Shown here piece by piece: positions 32,901-42,358 of a stretch of DNA of 64,000 nucleotides (position 1 is the stretch's first letter; each line of letters begins with the position of its first letter). The notes beneath the pieces are model-generated. The model was not told the DNA's origin, ran no database searches, and saw nothing but the letters and a program-made list of their open reading frames with translations. Both the position numbers and the translations under genes were made by a program. This DNA is from an uncultured Atopostipes sp. Its GTDB lineage: Bacteria; Bacillota; Bacilli; Lactobacillales; Carnobacteriaceae_A. The DNA lies in the NCBI GenBank assembly GCA_963558565.1, contig CAUWGX010000002.1, positions 49,079 to 113,078 on the forward strand, given 5' to 3'.

Positions 32901-33012
32901 CTGTTGGACCCGTCACCAAAAAGATAGAAGACGAACCAAAGGAAGTGAAATCTAAGTCTACCTTTCCTCGGTAAGGGCCAAAAGCATTGATTGTTAATTG
33001 GATCGGTCGCAT
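29950..33012 (-). CDS. sbcC: SbcC SMC-family nuclease ATPase
   Basis: GPTGSGKTT, Zn hook CPVCG, LSGGE, FIDEGFG, long coiled coil. Confidence 0.96.
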   Translation of the reverse strand: MRPIQLTINAFGPYRGKVDLDFTSFGSSSIFLVTGPTGSGKTTIFDALTYALFNHASGQARELDMLKSQFATDEDFCFVELTFEIGQTSYRVKRSPQQIGPGARVKTRELPAEVEFYKEDQLLATGRNANEVIKDLLGLSFEQFRQIVMLPQGEFRRLLQSNSSEKEEIFRNIFGTEHLQDFQEVLKEKRKKLRDKFKTYETRLEQSLSSIAAEEDSALTQAIEQVDYEKILEILEAWLSEGNKQLTATREEIKALSQTEKEQETFINLLKEQETLEQAKKELAALEKEISEKKDALKFNQQASEVHKEQEAYAKIVKEFTQIEADLTENLEAQEKIQEELQILTQKNKETKEAEQQLDTIRQEIKKLEAEQEKFAEREQKKQALDEKNTQLKNTYQQIDVLEKTSGKFVEEIKALTADLEKIQTWREELTNAQKKQEELKETQNLLKQKIETLENILTRQAELATLLKENKTTSDQYQKAQKVYEEARQQYFSNLAGVLVGELEEEKPCPVCGSVHHPQPAPTLPDAISEEELQEYEAARDEQKALYTKNSAAMEEKAKQLKAEEARLGVFEEDYAEGLVFSQEKAEDVTEELAKNKKHVERLEEKLSQEQAWRKDLETTQTAAQENQLKLTQEKSNATNMEEKIEELEGLLKEIDEHLHFSSATELQSEIERQTATIQRVQKEAETVRNELAEKTNQQTQTETSIAILETQKQKNKEAQAEQKEIVDALLEKYSLAEAIETYLLNDETVQAYQEKVKQYEEEKLYNTRQRKKIKEQLENTEDLASMVEIEENLSKIKVEKEALEDRRDALIAKNSKHQNSLAEIKTNYQESQKIYKPLSIYEELAEIANGSTKTSYVSFERYVLSIYFEEVLFAANQRFEVMTSGRYELVRRKDRIKGAGPEGLEIDVFDRYAGATRSVKTLSGGETFKASLSLALGLSDVIQSEQGGVHVDTLFIDEGFGTLDADSLEMAIETLMELQSTGRLIGVISHVDELKDRIPARIVVENQQEGSHARIEVE

Positions 33013-34151
33013 GACATCTTTTCCTCCGCTTCAATTTCTTCAAATGTTTCGACAACAGCCTGCTGCTTCTCATCATTTAATGGCATTCCCCGATGTTGTT
33101 CATAAAAATCAGCAAACAGACTTTGAGAACTTTTTGTCTCCAAATGTTCTTTAGAATGGTACACATCAAGCTGTTCTTGTTTTTTATGATAAATATATTC
33201 AAGCCCCATGGCATAAGGGTAATTTCGCCGTAAACGGTTCATCGCATCTAAGATATATTCCTGATCTTCTAATTCAAAAAAGAGATAGTCTTCAGAAGTT
33301 TCTTTTAAAATATCCTCAAATAAGCCTCGAACAACACGCAAGTCTTTACTCGGTTGAAGAGCGATCGACTCTACTTGCACACCTTCTTTGGATATTTCTA
33401 CCAATAAATTCTGTTTCCGGTGGTTGGCTTCTGATTTTGAATATTTTAAGGGGGAGCCACTATAGCGAATAAAATCACTTTTGACTTTTTGAGCTTTATG
33501 TAAATGGCCTAAGGCAACATAATCAAAAGCTTCCACTAATTCAGCAGGCACAAAATCCACTGTACCAATGTTGAGCGCACGCTCTGAATCGGATTCTTCC
33601 AGCACTTGGTCCGTTGATTGATTGATGATAAATCCGTGATACAATAAAATATTAATAGCATCGGGATCCCAGTCTTCTTTTACTTGTGAAAGTTGGGCTT
33701 TTAAAGCATCTTCTGGTGTACGAATCGTTTCATCCTTTAAGACACCTCGGATATTGCGATGATCATCATACGGAACAAGGTAAAAATGACTATCTTTTAT
33801 AGTGACTTTACGAACTGTCTCTTTCGTGGTTCCTTCGATATATAAATCACTACCTGCTAGGAGTTCTGCACCATATTCTATTCGTTCATTGCTATCATGA
33901 TTCCCGGCGATCACTAATACGGGTACGCCGACTTCTTGGGTTAATTTCGTAAATACCCGATTAGCTAAACTCACCGCTTCTTTGGGCGGAATCGCTCGGT
34001 CATATAAATCCCCCGCTACAATCAGCGCATCCAGCTCTAATTTTTTCGTTTGTGCGACTAATTCTTTTAAATATTCCTCTTGCAAATCTAGCATCGAAAA
34101 TTCATTAACAATTTTTCCTAGATGCCAATCGGCCGTATGTAATATGCGCAT
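32994..34151 (-). CDS. sbcD: SbcD nuclease subunit
   Basis: HTADWHLG, GDLYD, GNHD, GHLH, YSGSP. Confidence 0.96.
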   Translation of the reverse strand: MRILHTADWHLGKIVNEFSMLDLQEEYLKELVAQTKKLELDALIVAGDLYDRAIPPKEAVSLANRVFTKLTQEVGVPVLVIAGNHDSNERIEYGAELLAGSDLYIEGTTKETVRKVTIKDSHFYLVPYDDHRNIRGVLKDETIRTPEDALKAQLSQVKEDWDPDAINILLYHGFIINQSTDQVLEESDSERALNIGTVDFVPAELVEAFDYVALGHLHKAQKVKSDFIRYSGSPLKYSKSEANHRKQNLLVEISKEGVQVESIALQPSKDLRVVRGLFEDILKETSEDYLFFELEDQEYILDAMNRLRRNYPYAMGLEYIYHKKQEQLDVYHSKEHLETKSSQSLFADFYEQHRGMPLNDEKQQAVVETFEEIEAEEKMSCDRSN

Positions 34152-34275
34152 ATCGAAACTCCATTTCTAAATAATGTTACTTCAATCATAACAAAAATCT
34201 TTCCCAACCGGCTATTTTTCTCAAAATAAAAAGCCATTCATACGAACTTTAATCGGTATAAATGGCCCAATAACT

Positions 34276-35058
34276 TTAAATATTTAGTTGCTGTTCTTTT
34301 GTCGTCGTTTCCGTCATACCGATACGATTATATTTCACTTCACGCGTTTTTATTTTCCCGTCTTTTCCGACTAAGATCGCAGTAGTCCCTACCGTCCCAA
34401 AATCTTCTCCTTGGATAAAAATAGAAGAACTCTTCAGAGCGGTTTCGTAATTTAATTCAGCGGGGTAATCTTCCATCGTTTCTGCAACTTGTTTGTCGGC
34501 TAAGAGTGCCGTTAACTCCTCCAACTTTAAGTTTTTTGAATGCGTCGCGACATAGGTATTTAGTAAATCACCCGCACGATCGCGGCGCGAATTGCTCAAA
34601 TCATCAAGCGTATTGGCTAAGCAGTGAATGCCCGGTTCAAACGCTTGAAAAGTATTTTCAACATTTGAATAATAGCGTAAATCTGAAAAAGTCCCATACA
34701 GTAAATGAAACCCGTCGTATTGAGTCCGATTGGTTTCTAAGTATTTTTCAAAATCTGTGAGCGTCATATTTTTCGTCAAATAATCACGCAATAATTGTCC
34801 CCGCGAACGAGGAGAATTTGTGGCTGGCTTCCAATCGGTAAAAGGATGGTTTAATACGGCAATAAACCGTCCACTATCTGTATAGCCGAGCCAAGTACCG
34901 AACGCTTTTAGATCCATTCCTGCTGTCACCGTTGGGTGATCGACCCAGCGATGCAAAGCGACTGCTGGTCGATCATAAGCTTCATCACGATTGGCTACAA
35001 AAATCAATGGATAATCGGGATGTCCGTCTTTTATAAAAGTGACCAAACACATTGTCAT
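34276..35058 (-). CDS. NRDE/TANGO2 family protein
   Basis: MCL N-terminus, ANRDE, GTWLG, SRG.L. Confidence 0.9.
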   Translation of the reverse strand: MTMCLVTFIKDGHPDYPLIFVANRDEAYDRPAVALHRWVDHPTVTAGMDLKAFGTWLGYTDSGRFIAVLNHPFTDWKPATNSPRSRGQLLRDYLTKNMTLTDFEKYLETNRTQYDGFHLLYGTFSDLRYYSNVENTFQAFEPGIHCLANTLDDLSNSRRDRAGDLLNTYVATHSKNLKLEELTALLADKQVAETMEDYPAELNYETALKSSSIFIQGEDFGTVGTTAILVGKDGKIKTREVKYNRIGMTETTTKEQQLNI

Positions 35059-35100
35059 TCCAACTCCTTATGATTCCATTTCCATTCTATCTACTCTTAA

Positions 35101-35625
35101 TTATTTAGACGTCTTACTCTCTGTTTTTTTACGTCTAGGAAGCAGTCGTTTATTTACAAAGTAAGCGATGAGAAAACCTATAAACGTTTCAATAATCCGG
35201 ATCGTCACATAGGATAGAGCATCTAAATGGCTCTCATTGTGCGACAATAAAGTAACCGCTGTAACCACCGCCGCAATCGTCATCGCATAAGGGGCTAATT
35301 TTAATATTTTACAAAGGGAGAGTGACAGCATCACAAAAATCGCAACAGCCAAGGGAGCAAAATTAGAGGTGGTCCCTATATGAAAGGACTGTAACAGCAG
35401 CAAACAAGCATAAGAAGAAACGCCTCCGATTAATGTTCCAATTATCCGGTTTATGCCCGTCGATTTTGTTTCAGCGCTTGTTGTTCTCATCGTTAAAATA
35501 CAGGCAAGTGCCGCATGCACAGGGTCATAATGCCCTAAAAAATAAAATAACTGCACACTAATAAGAACAGCAATTGTCGTTTTCATAATTCGTCGACCAG
35601 GAACTAGTTCCTTATATTTTTCCAA
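35101..35625 (-). CDS. FUSC/aromatic acid exporter-like membrane protein
   Basis: G.RIMKT, RIIGTLIG, RIIETFIG; TTG start. Confidence 0.8.
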   Translation of the reverse strand: MEKYKELVPGRRIMKTTIAVLISVQLFYFLGHYDPVHAALACILTMRTTSAETKSTGINRIIGTLIGGVSSYACLLLLQSFHIGTTSNFAPLAVAIFVMLSLSLCKILKLAPYAMTIAAVVTAVTLLSHNESHLDALSYVTIRIIETFIGFLIAYFVNKRLLPRRKKTESKTSK

Positions 35626-35820
35626 TTTTTTCCCTCTTTCAAAATCATCCTAAGTTTCCTCTTCTATTCAATTTCAAAATAATTGTAGCATAAAAGCATA
35701 TAACTTTTAATTTAGACCTTTTAACTCGTTTGCTGGGAAAAAACTCTCGATTTTTAGTTTTTCCAGAGTTGTTGATTCGTTTGAGTGAAGTATTCTTTCT
35801 CCTGTTTTGGTGAAATCCGT

Positions 35821-36070
35821 TTTGAGCGAGATATTTCCCATTTGTTTCGCTGTAATCCATTTTGAGCGAGATATTCTCCGTTTGTTTCGCTGTAATTCAT
35901 TTTGAGCGAGATATTCTCCATTTGTTTCGCTGAAATTCATTTTGAGCGAGATATTTTCCATTTGTTTCGCTGTAATCCATTTTGAGCGAGGTATTTCCCA
36001 TTTGTTTCGCTGTAATTCATTTTGAGCGAGGTATTCTCCATTTGTTTCGCTGTAATTCATTTTGAGCGAA
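35821..36070. repeat. Tandem repeat, 6 x 40 bp plus a partial unit (family shared with 45671)
   Basis: Unit tttgagcgagatattctccatttgtttcgctgtaattcat from 35821 every 40 bp; a degenerate unit lies near 35781. Confidence 0.97.
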
Positions 36071-36280
36071 ACAACTTCATTTTAAAAGGATGAGCTTTAA
36101 CTTTCAATAAATATTTGTTTAAAGTGGCAGATTATTTTATAAACATTTAAGTTTTTATATTAATTATAGATTAAAAATTCCAATATGTAGTAAGCCTTTA
36201 CATGTTCATCATGTAAACATAAATGCTATAAAACAGGGTTGTCTATCCCTTTTATTCTCTAATTTATTTCTCATTTTGTG

Positions 36281-36309
36281 TTGAGTTCCTATTTCTTTTA
36301 CTGTATATT
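36281..36309 (+). promoter_or_regulatory. Sigma-A promoter of the peptide ABC operon
   Basis: TTGAGT-N17-TATATT. Confidence 0.7.
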
Positions 36310-36357
36310 AATAGAAATTTAATTCTAACTATAAAAAACAGTGTGAGGTTGGATATT

Positions 36358-36402
36358 ATGTTGCAGCGCAATTTATTTTTTTATATTTTTGAGCAGGGCT
36401 AG
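36358..36402 (+). other. Candidate attenuator leader peptide MLQRNLFFYIFEQG
   Basis: GAGGT RBS, ATG at 36358, TAG at 36400; TTT TTT TAT ATT TTT run. Confidence 0.6.
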
Positions 36403-36513
36403 CGTTTTTCGGAAATTTCGAAAATACGAAGGCCCTATTTGCGATACATCATAAAATGGGACCTCGAAATGACCTCCCATTCTATATTTATAGTGTGGGA
36501 GGTCTTTTGTTTT
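36395..36513 (+). promoter_or_regulatory. Attenuator with alternative hairpins and terminator upstream of oppB
   Basis: Terminator gacctcccat/gtgggaggtc + ttttgtttt; its 5' arm can alternatively pair with aatggga (36455-36461). Confidence 0.7.
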
Positions 36514-36584
36514 ATAAGGAATTAATTTTAAATGTTTTTGTTCATAAGGTTCATCATATTTTTTAGAAGTGAGGAGAGAGATTA

Positions 36585-37535
36585 TTGCTAAAATATATTT
36601 TTAAACGCATCCTAACTGCGATTCCGGTGTTACTCATTATTTCACTAGGAGCATTTCTCATGCTTCAGTTAGCGCCAGGAGATGCAGCGGACTTATATAT
36701 TACGCCAGATACTACACAACAACAGATTGAAGCGACACGTACAGCCTTAGGTTTGGACCAACCGCTTTACGTTCAATACTTCAGTTGGTTGTCACAAGTT
36801 TTACGAGGACACTTGGGCTATTCGTTTTCTAATAATATGCCGGTCACTCAAATTTTAGCCGAACGGGTAGGACCTACTGTTTTACTCATGGGGGCTGCCC
36901 TTGTCTTAGCTTACATCGTGGGTATTCCTTTAGGTCTATTAAGTGGAAGAAAAAAAGGCACTTGGATAGATTCATCCATTACGGCCGTTTCATTTTTAGG
37001 GATTTCGATTCCTTCCTTTTTCTTCGGGCTTTCTTTAGTTTATATTTTCGGGGTGGAATTAGGTTGGTTACCGACAGGAGGTATGTTTCCGCTAGGTACT
37101 GAGCCAACTTTTGGAATTGTCATCCAACACATGATTTTACCCGTCATTGTTTTATCCGTCGCCTATATGGCCAATATGACGCGGTACATGCGCTCAACCA
37201 CGATTGATGTTTATGAACAAAACTATATCCGGACAGCCGTCGCTAAAGGGTTAAATGCTCAGGAAGTATTTACTTTTCATAGTATTCGAAATTCTTTGAT
37301 TCCAATTATTACAGTGATCGGAACCGACTTACCGAAACTGGTCGGTGGTGCCATTGTTACGGAACAAGTATTTAGTTGGCCAGGGTTAGGTTCACTGACA
37401 ATGACTGCTATCCAGCAAAGAAATTACCCCATTATTCTAGGAGTGACCATGCTTTCTGCCGTCGTTGTACTAGTTGCGAACCTTGTTGTCGATATTTTAT
37501 ACGCAGTGATTGATCCAAGAATTCAATATGATTAA
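36585..37535 (+). CDS. oppB: Peptide ABC transporter permease (OppB/DppB/AppB-like)
   Basis: LGLDQPLYVQY, YIRTAVAKG, TEQVFSWPGLG; TTG start with GAGGAG RBS. Confidence 0.92.
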   Translation: MLKYIFKRILTAIPVLLIISLGAFLMLQLAPGDAADLYITPDTTQQQIEATRTALGLDQPLYVQYFSWLSQVLRGHLGYSFSNNMPVTQILAERVGPTVLLMGAALVLAYIVGIPLGLLSGRKKGTWIDSSITAVSFLGISIPSFFFGLSLVYIFGVELGWLPTGGMFPLGTEPTFGIVIQHMILPVIVLSVAYMANMTRYMRSTTIDVYEQNYIRTAVAKGLNAQEVFTFHSIRNSLIPIITVIGTDLPKLVGGAIVTEQVFSWPGLGSLTMTAIQQRNYPIILGVTMLSAVVVLVANLVVDILYAVIDPRIQYD

Positions 37536-37550
37536 AGGAGATGAGTGTAA

Positions 37551-38495
37551 ATGGCAGAAAATCAAACATCGAAAGAGCTTTTTCAGTTCGCTGGTGGTGG
37601 CTTACAAGATGAGGTTTATCACAAACAGCAAGAAAAACTCGGTCACGAATCAGAAAGTTTTACCAAAACAGTCGCTAAACGTTTTTTTAAAAATAAGTTA
37701 GCGGTCGCTAGTTTAGTTGTTTTTATTTTAATTATTTTAATGGCCCTTTTCGCTAATGTACTGGCCCCTTTCCCACGAGATCAAACAGTTGGCCAGTTTC
37801 AGGCTGCTCCTTATGGTGAGCATTTACTCGGAACGGACAGCGTGGGACGTGACGTCCTTACTCGACTGATTCATGGAACCCAAGTTTCCTTAATTGTTGG
37901 ATTTGGTTCTGTGGCCATTTATGTCGTCGTGGGGACAACACTTGGCCTAATCGCTGGTTACTTTGGCGGCTTGGTTGATTCGATCATTATGCGAATTACA
38001 GAAGCCTTTCAATCTTTTCCCTATTTCCTCGTTGTTCTGACTTTTGTTTCGATTTTAAATTCAGGACTCTGGACGGTAACTATCATTATGGGGGTACTTG
38101 GTTGGCCTCGTTTAGCACGAATTGTTCGGGGAGAGGTTTTAAGGTTAAAGTCGCAAGACTTTATCTATGCCGCTATTGCTACGGGTTACTCAACACCCGC
38201 TATTTTATTCCAACATATTCTTCCAAATTTATTATCACCTATTCTCGTCAATGCCACATTTGGAGTAGCGAATAATATTTTGACAGAATCGTCCTTAAGT
38301 TTCTTAGGGGTGGGCGTGGAGCCGCCACGTCCGAGCTGGGGGAATATTTTAGCAGAGGCACAATCCTTAAATGTTCTCACCACACAACCTTGGCGGTGGG
38401 TACCGGCAGGAATTCTAATTTTTATGACTGTCCTTTGTGTGAACTTTATTGGTGAAGGTCTCCGAGAAGCGATTGAAGGCGAAACTAAAAGTTAA
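37551..38495 (+). CDS. oppC: Peptide ABC transporter permease (OppC-like)
   Basis: HLLGTDSVGRD, ARIVRGE, HILPN, ESSLSFLG, PSWG. Confidence 0.92.
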   Translation: MAENQTSKELFQFAGGGLQDEVYHKQQEKLGHESESFTKTVAKRFFKNKLAVASLVVFILIILMALFANVLAPFPRDQTVGQFQAAPYGEHLLGTDSVGRDVLTRLIHGTQVSLIVGFGSVAIYVVVGTTLGLIAGYFGGLVDSIIMRITEAFQSFPYFLVVLTFVSILNSGLWTVTIIMGVLGWPRLARIVRGEVLRLKSQDFIYAAIATGYSTPAILFQHILPNLLSPILVNATFGVANNILTESSLSFLGVGVEPPRPSWGNILAEAQSLNVLTTQPWRWVPAGILIFMTVLCVNFIGEGLREAIEGETKS

Positions 38496-38508
38496 AGGTG
38501 GAATTTCA

Positions 38509-40152
38509 ATGAAAAAACAAAAGCTCTTATTACCCATTTTAACAATCTTACTGTTACTGCTTAGTGCTTGTGCGGAAGAATTGCCCGATGTATCTTCCAA
38601 TACTGCAACCGAGGAAAATACGCTCGATATTGCTAATGATGAGGATACTTTAATTATTGGGGTTTCAAATAATATCGATTCTTTCAATCCGTTTTATAAA
38701 AACGGCCTTGTGTCGACATATGCGCAAAGATTTTTTTACGAAACGCTATTAAATATGGAAGGTCCCACAGAATTTGAGCCCCGTTTAGGAGAATTTACGA
38801 CCGAAGATAATCAAACATTTTTACTTACTTTAGTCGAAGATGCAACTTGGAGCGATGGGGAGCCGATTACAACGGAAGATGTCGCGTTTACAATCAATAC
38901 TATCGCTGATCCAGAGGCTTTAACTTCATTAGCGATGAATGTCGCCATGATTGAAGGAACAGATGATTCAGGTAAACGGGTAGAAGACCAGGAAGAATTA
39001 GCGGGTTTAACGATCCTTGACGATTATACAATGGAGATTCAAACAAAAGAACCCGTGGATCTCAATTATCTTTCAGAATTTTTAGGCTTTTCGGTCCTCA
39101 TTACGCCCGAACATATCTTTGGTGAATTTGAGCCCGCAGAGATGCACACCGCAGAACCTGCTTTACATCCGACGGTTACAGGAGGTCCTTACCAATTTGT
39201 AGAAAACAAAGAAGATAACTATCTACATTTAACGGCGAATGAAAATTATTATCGGGGAGCGCCACACATTCAAGATATTTACTTAAGAGTCCTCGATGGG
39301 GTTTCGATTGTGACTGAATTACAAGCAGGAAACATCGATATGACCGCTGGCGCTGGAATTGGCGTGGTTCCTGATGAAGATATTCCTTTAATTCAAGAAG
39401 TCGAACATCTCACCGTTGAAAGTTCAATCGGAAATGGCATTCAATATATGACCATCAATCATGATCGTGAACGATTCGCCGACCCTCAAGTCCGCCGCGC
39501 CTTGGCTTACGCAATTGATCAAGAATTAGCGTTTGAAAATTTACTACATGGCAATGGTGAAATTACAGAAACCATCTATACTTCGATGAATCCTTATAAA
39601 AATGAAACGATTGAAAGGATTCCTTATGATCCTGAAGAAGCCAAACGTCTTTTGGAAGCCGCTCATTTTGACTTTAATGAACCGGTACAAATGGTTGTAC
39701 CTACTGGCAATGTAGCGCGCGAACAGATGGCTGATTTAACGCAACAATGGCTACAAGATATAGGCGTTACAGTCGAACAAGAACGTTATGACTTCACCAC
39801 TTGGTTAAATACGGTACGCGTAGGGAATTTCGATATCGGTTTTGTTGGTCTTTCTCATACGTATGAACCCGACGTCCACAATCAATTCGGTACAGGCGGT
39901 GCCTCAAATTATGGCAGCATATCAGACCCTGTATTGGAACAGTATTTGGAAGAAGGAAATAAAGGGATCTCGTTTGAAGAAAGAAAGCCCATCTACGATG
40001 AGATGCAAGAATATTTTGCAGAGACCCTACCCGCGATCCCCCTCTATACGGAAGCAGAATATATCATCAAAGATCAACAGTTAGTGGGTGGAGCAAAACC
40101 ATTTTTCCAAGCAACAACAAACGATGTACACGAATGGTATTTTGAAGAATAA
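38509..40152 (+). CDS. oppA: Peptide ABC substrate-binding lipoprotein 1 (SBP family 5)
   Basis: Lipobox LLSAC, WSDGEPITTEDVAFT, VRRALAYAID; ATG at 38509. Confidence 0.9.
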   Translation: MKKQKLLLPILTILLLLLSACAEELPDVSSNTATEENTLDIANDEDTLIIGVSNNIDSFNPFYKNGLVSTYAQRFFYETLLNMEGPTEFEPRLGEFTTEDNQTFLLTLVEDATWSDGEPITTEDVAFTINTIADPEALTSLAMNVAMIEGTDDSGKRVEDQEELAGLTILDDYTMEIQTKEPVDLNYLSEFLGFSVLITPEHIFGEFEPAEMHTAEPALHPTVTGGPYQFVENKEDNYLHLTANENYYRGAPHIQDIYLRVLDGVSIVTELQAGNIDMTAGAGIGVVPDEDIPLIQEVEHLTVESSIGNGIQYMTINHDRERFADPQVRRALAYAIDQELAFENLLHGNGEITETIYTSMNPYKNETIERIPYDPEEAKRLLEAAHFDFNEPVQMVVPTGNVAREQMADLTQQWLQDIGVTVEQERYDFTTWLNTVRVGNFDIGFVGLSHTYEPDVHNQFGTGGASNYGSISDPVLEQYLEEGNKGISFEERKPIYDEMQEYFAETLPAIPLYTEAEYIIKDQQLVGGAKPFFQATTNDVHEWYFEE

Positions 40153-40196
40153 GAACGATAGATCAACCATTTTAGACAATAAAGAAGAGGTGGAAT

Positions 40197-41276
40197 ATGT
40201 CGAAAGAAACAATATTAGAAGTAAAGAATTTAGCAATCTCTTTTAAAACATTTGACGGGAAAGTTAAGGCCGTTCGCGGTGTGAATTTTGACCTCAAGCG
40301 GGGTGAGATACTAGCGATTGTTGGTGAATCAGGTTCAGGAAAATCCGTCTCAACGAAAGCTATTAATGGCTTGTTGCCTAAAAAGAATACGGTCATTGAA
40401 AGCGGCGAAATTCTTTTTAACGGAAAAGATTTATTAAAAATATCAGAAACAGAAATGGAAAAAATCCGCGGTAAAGATATTTCTATGATTTTCCAAGATC
40501 CGATGACTTCATTGAACCCGACGTTATCTGTCGGCAAACAAATCGCAGAACCGATGATTAAACATTTAGATTATACCAAAGAAAAAGCCCTTGAACGTGC
40601 CATTGAATGGATGCGACTCGTAGGGATTAAAAACCCAGAAGAAACCCATAAACACTTTCCGCATCAGTTTTCAGGAGGAATGCGGCAACGAGTCATGATT
40701 GCGATCGCCCTCGCCTGCGAGCCTAAAATACTTATTGCCGATGAACCAACGACAGCTTTAGATGTGACGATTCAAGCTCAAATTTTAGAAATTATGAATG
40801 AGTTAAAAGATGAGATCGAGACTTCAATCATTTTTATTACTCATGATTTAGGCGTCGTCGCTCAAATGGCTAACCGGATTGCTGTAATGTATGCTGGTCA
40901 GATTGTCGAGATTGGAACGGATGATGAAATTTTCTATAATCCGAAGCATCCGTACACCTGGGGCTTACTCGCTTCCATTCCAAGTGTAGAGGAAAGCCAG
41001 ACAGAGCTTTATACCATCCCCGGTTCACCTCCGAATTTATTATACGAGCCAAAAGGTGACGCTTTTGCTCCTAGAAATGCATTTGCTTTAAAGATTGATT
41101 TTATGGAAGAACCAGACATGTTTAAAGTATCAGAGACGCATTACGCAAAAACTTGGTTACTACATCCTGATTCGCCTAAAGTAAAGCCGCCGGAAAGCAT
41201 TCAAAAACGAAATGAAAAATTTTTAGCTTTACACCCAGAAAAAGCAGCCCTAGTTGGAGGTGGTCTCCATGGTTAA
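40197..41276 (+). CDS. oppD: Peptide ABC ATP-binding protein
   Basis: [39 protein letters not shown]. Confidence 0.95.
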   Translation: MSKETILEVKNLAISFKTFDGKVKAVRGVNFDLKRGEILAIVGESGSGKSVSTKAINGLLPKKNTVIESGEILFNGKDLLKISETEMEKIRGKDISMIFQDPMTSLNPTLSVGKQIAEPMIKHLDYTKEKALERAIEWMRLVGIKNPEETHKHFPHQFSGGMRQRVMIAIALACEPKILIADEPTTALDVTIQAQILEIMNELKDEIETSIIFITHDLGVVAQMANRIAVMYAGQIVEIGTDDEIFYNPKHPYTWGLLASIPSVEESQTELYTIPGSPPNLLYEPKGDAFAPRNAFALKIDFMEEPDMFKVSETHYAKTWLLHPDSPKVKPPESIQKRNEKFLALHPEKAALVGGGLHG

Positions 41277-42231
41277 ACAAGAAAAGAAAACCATGATTGA
41301 AGTAAGAAATTTAAAGAAATATTTTAACGCCGGAAAAAAGGATGAGGTCAAAGCAATTGACGATATCTCTTTTAATATTTACGAAGGAGAAACCTTTGGC
41401 CTGGTGGGAGAATCAGGAAGCGGCAAATCAACAACTGGTCGCACGCTCCTCAAGTTAGAAGAAATGACGTCCGGGGAAGTTTTATTTAAAGGACAAAATA
41501 TTGAAGAGGTCCGTAAGCGTAAAGAATTATTAGATTTTCGGAATGCAATGCAAATGATTTTCCAAGATCCTTACGCCTCTTTGAATCCTCGGTTAACAGT
41601 TGGGAATACGATAAAAGGTGCGCTCGATGTGCATCATATCGGAGAAAGTCGTCAAGCACGAGAGCAAATGGTCAAAGAGCTCATTCAAGCCGTTGGTTTG
41701 GATCCTTCTTTCACCAACCGGTACCCTAAAGAATTATCAGGCGGGCAATGTCAGCGTGTGGGAATTGCTCGTGCGTTAGCCGTAGAACCTGAGCTCATTA
41801 TCGCAGATGAAGCAATCTCCGCTTTGGACGTCTCCATTCAAGCGCAGGTCGTTAATTTATTGATCGAGTTAAAGGACAGTATGAATTTAACTTATTTATT
41901 TATCGCGCATGATTTATCGATGGTCCGTTTCATCAGTGACCGTATCGGGGTGATGAACAGTGGGAAGCTCCTTGAGGTTGCGCCTTCTAATGAATTATAT
42001 AAAGCGCCTCTCCATCCTTATACAGAGTCGTTGTTATCCGCCATCCCTGTCGCTGATCCTGAAGAAGAAAGATATCGAGAACGAGTCAGCTATGATCGCT
42101 CCACCCATCAGTACGCAGACAACGAAGAAGCGGCTATGTATGAAATTGCACCCGAGCATTTTGTTTACTGCCATGCAGACGAAATTGAAGATTATCAAGC
42201 TAAATATGAACAATTACTACAAAATGCTTAA
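41269..42231 (+). CDS. oppF: Peptide ABC ATP-binding protein
   Basis: [30 protein letters not shown]; ATG at 41269 with GGAGG RBS. Confidence 0.95.
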   Translation: MVKQEKKTMIEVRNLKKYFNAGKKDEVKAIDDISFNIYEGETFGLVGESGSGKSTTGRTLLKLEEMTSGEVLFKGQNIEEVRKRKELLDFRNAMQMIFQDPYASLNPRLTVGNTIKGALDVHHIGESRQAREQMVKELIQAVGLDPSFTNRYPKELSGGQCQRVGIARALAVEPELIIADEAISALDVSIQAQVVNLLIELKDSMNLTYLFIAHDLSMVRFISDRIGVMNSGKLLEVAPSNELYKAPLHPYTESLLSAIPVADPEEERYRERVSYDRSTHQYADNEEAAMYEIAPEHFVYCHADEIEDYQAKYEQLLQNA

Positions 42232-42237
42232 TAAGTA

Positions 42238-42266
42238 TTGTAAAAGAAAATTCAATTTGTTAACAT
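42238..42266 (+). promoter_or_regulatory. Internal sigma-A promoter before the second binding protein
   Basis: TTGTAA-N17-TAACAT with extended TGn. Confidence 0.55.
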
Positions 42267-42305
42267 TAGAATATCATTAAAAAACAATTAAAAAGAGGTC
42301 ATCCC

Positions 42306-42356
42306 ATGAAATCATTTAAAGTCTTCCAAAATAATTTAGTCATTATTATTAAATAA
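42306..42356 (+). other. Candidate attenuator leader peptide MKSFKVFQNNLVIIIK
   Basis: AAGAGGT RBS, ATG at 42306, TAA at 42354; TTA GTC ATT ATT ATT run. Confidence 0.65.
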
Positions 42357-42358
42357 TC

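Noticed and set aside
35645-36060. ORFs 35645..35860 and 35707..36060 on the minus strand
   Set aside because: They are translations of the 40-bp repeat cycling through frames, with no convincing RBS
36404-36418. CodY-box-like GTTTTTCGGAAATTT in the opp leader
   Set aside because: About four mismatches to AATTTTCWGAAAATT in AT-rich DNA, and better explained as part of the RNA hairpin
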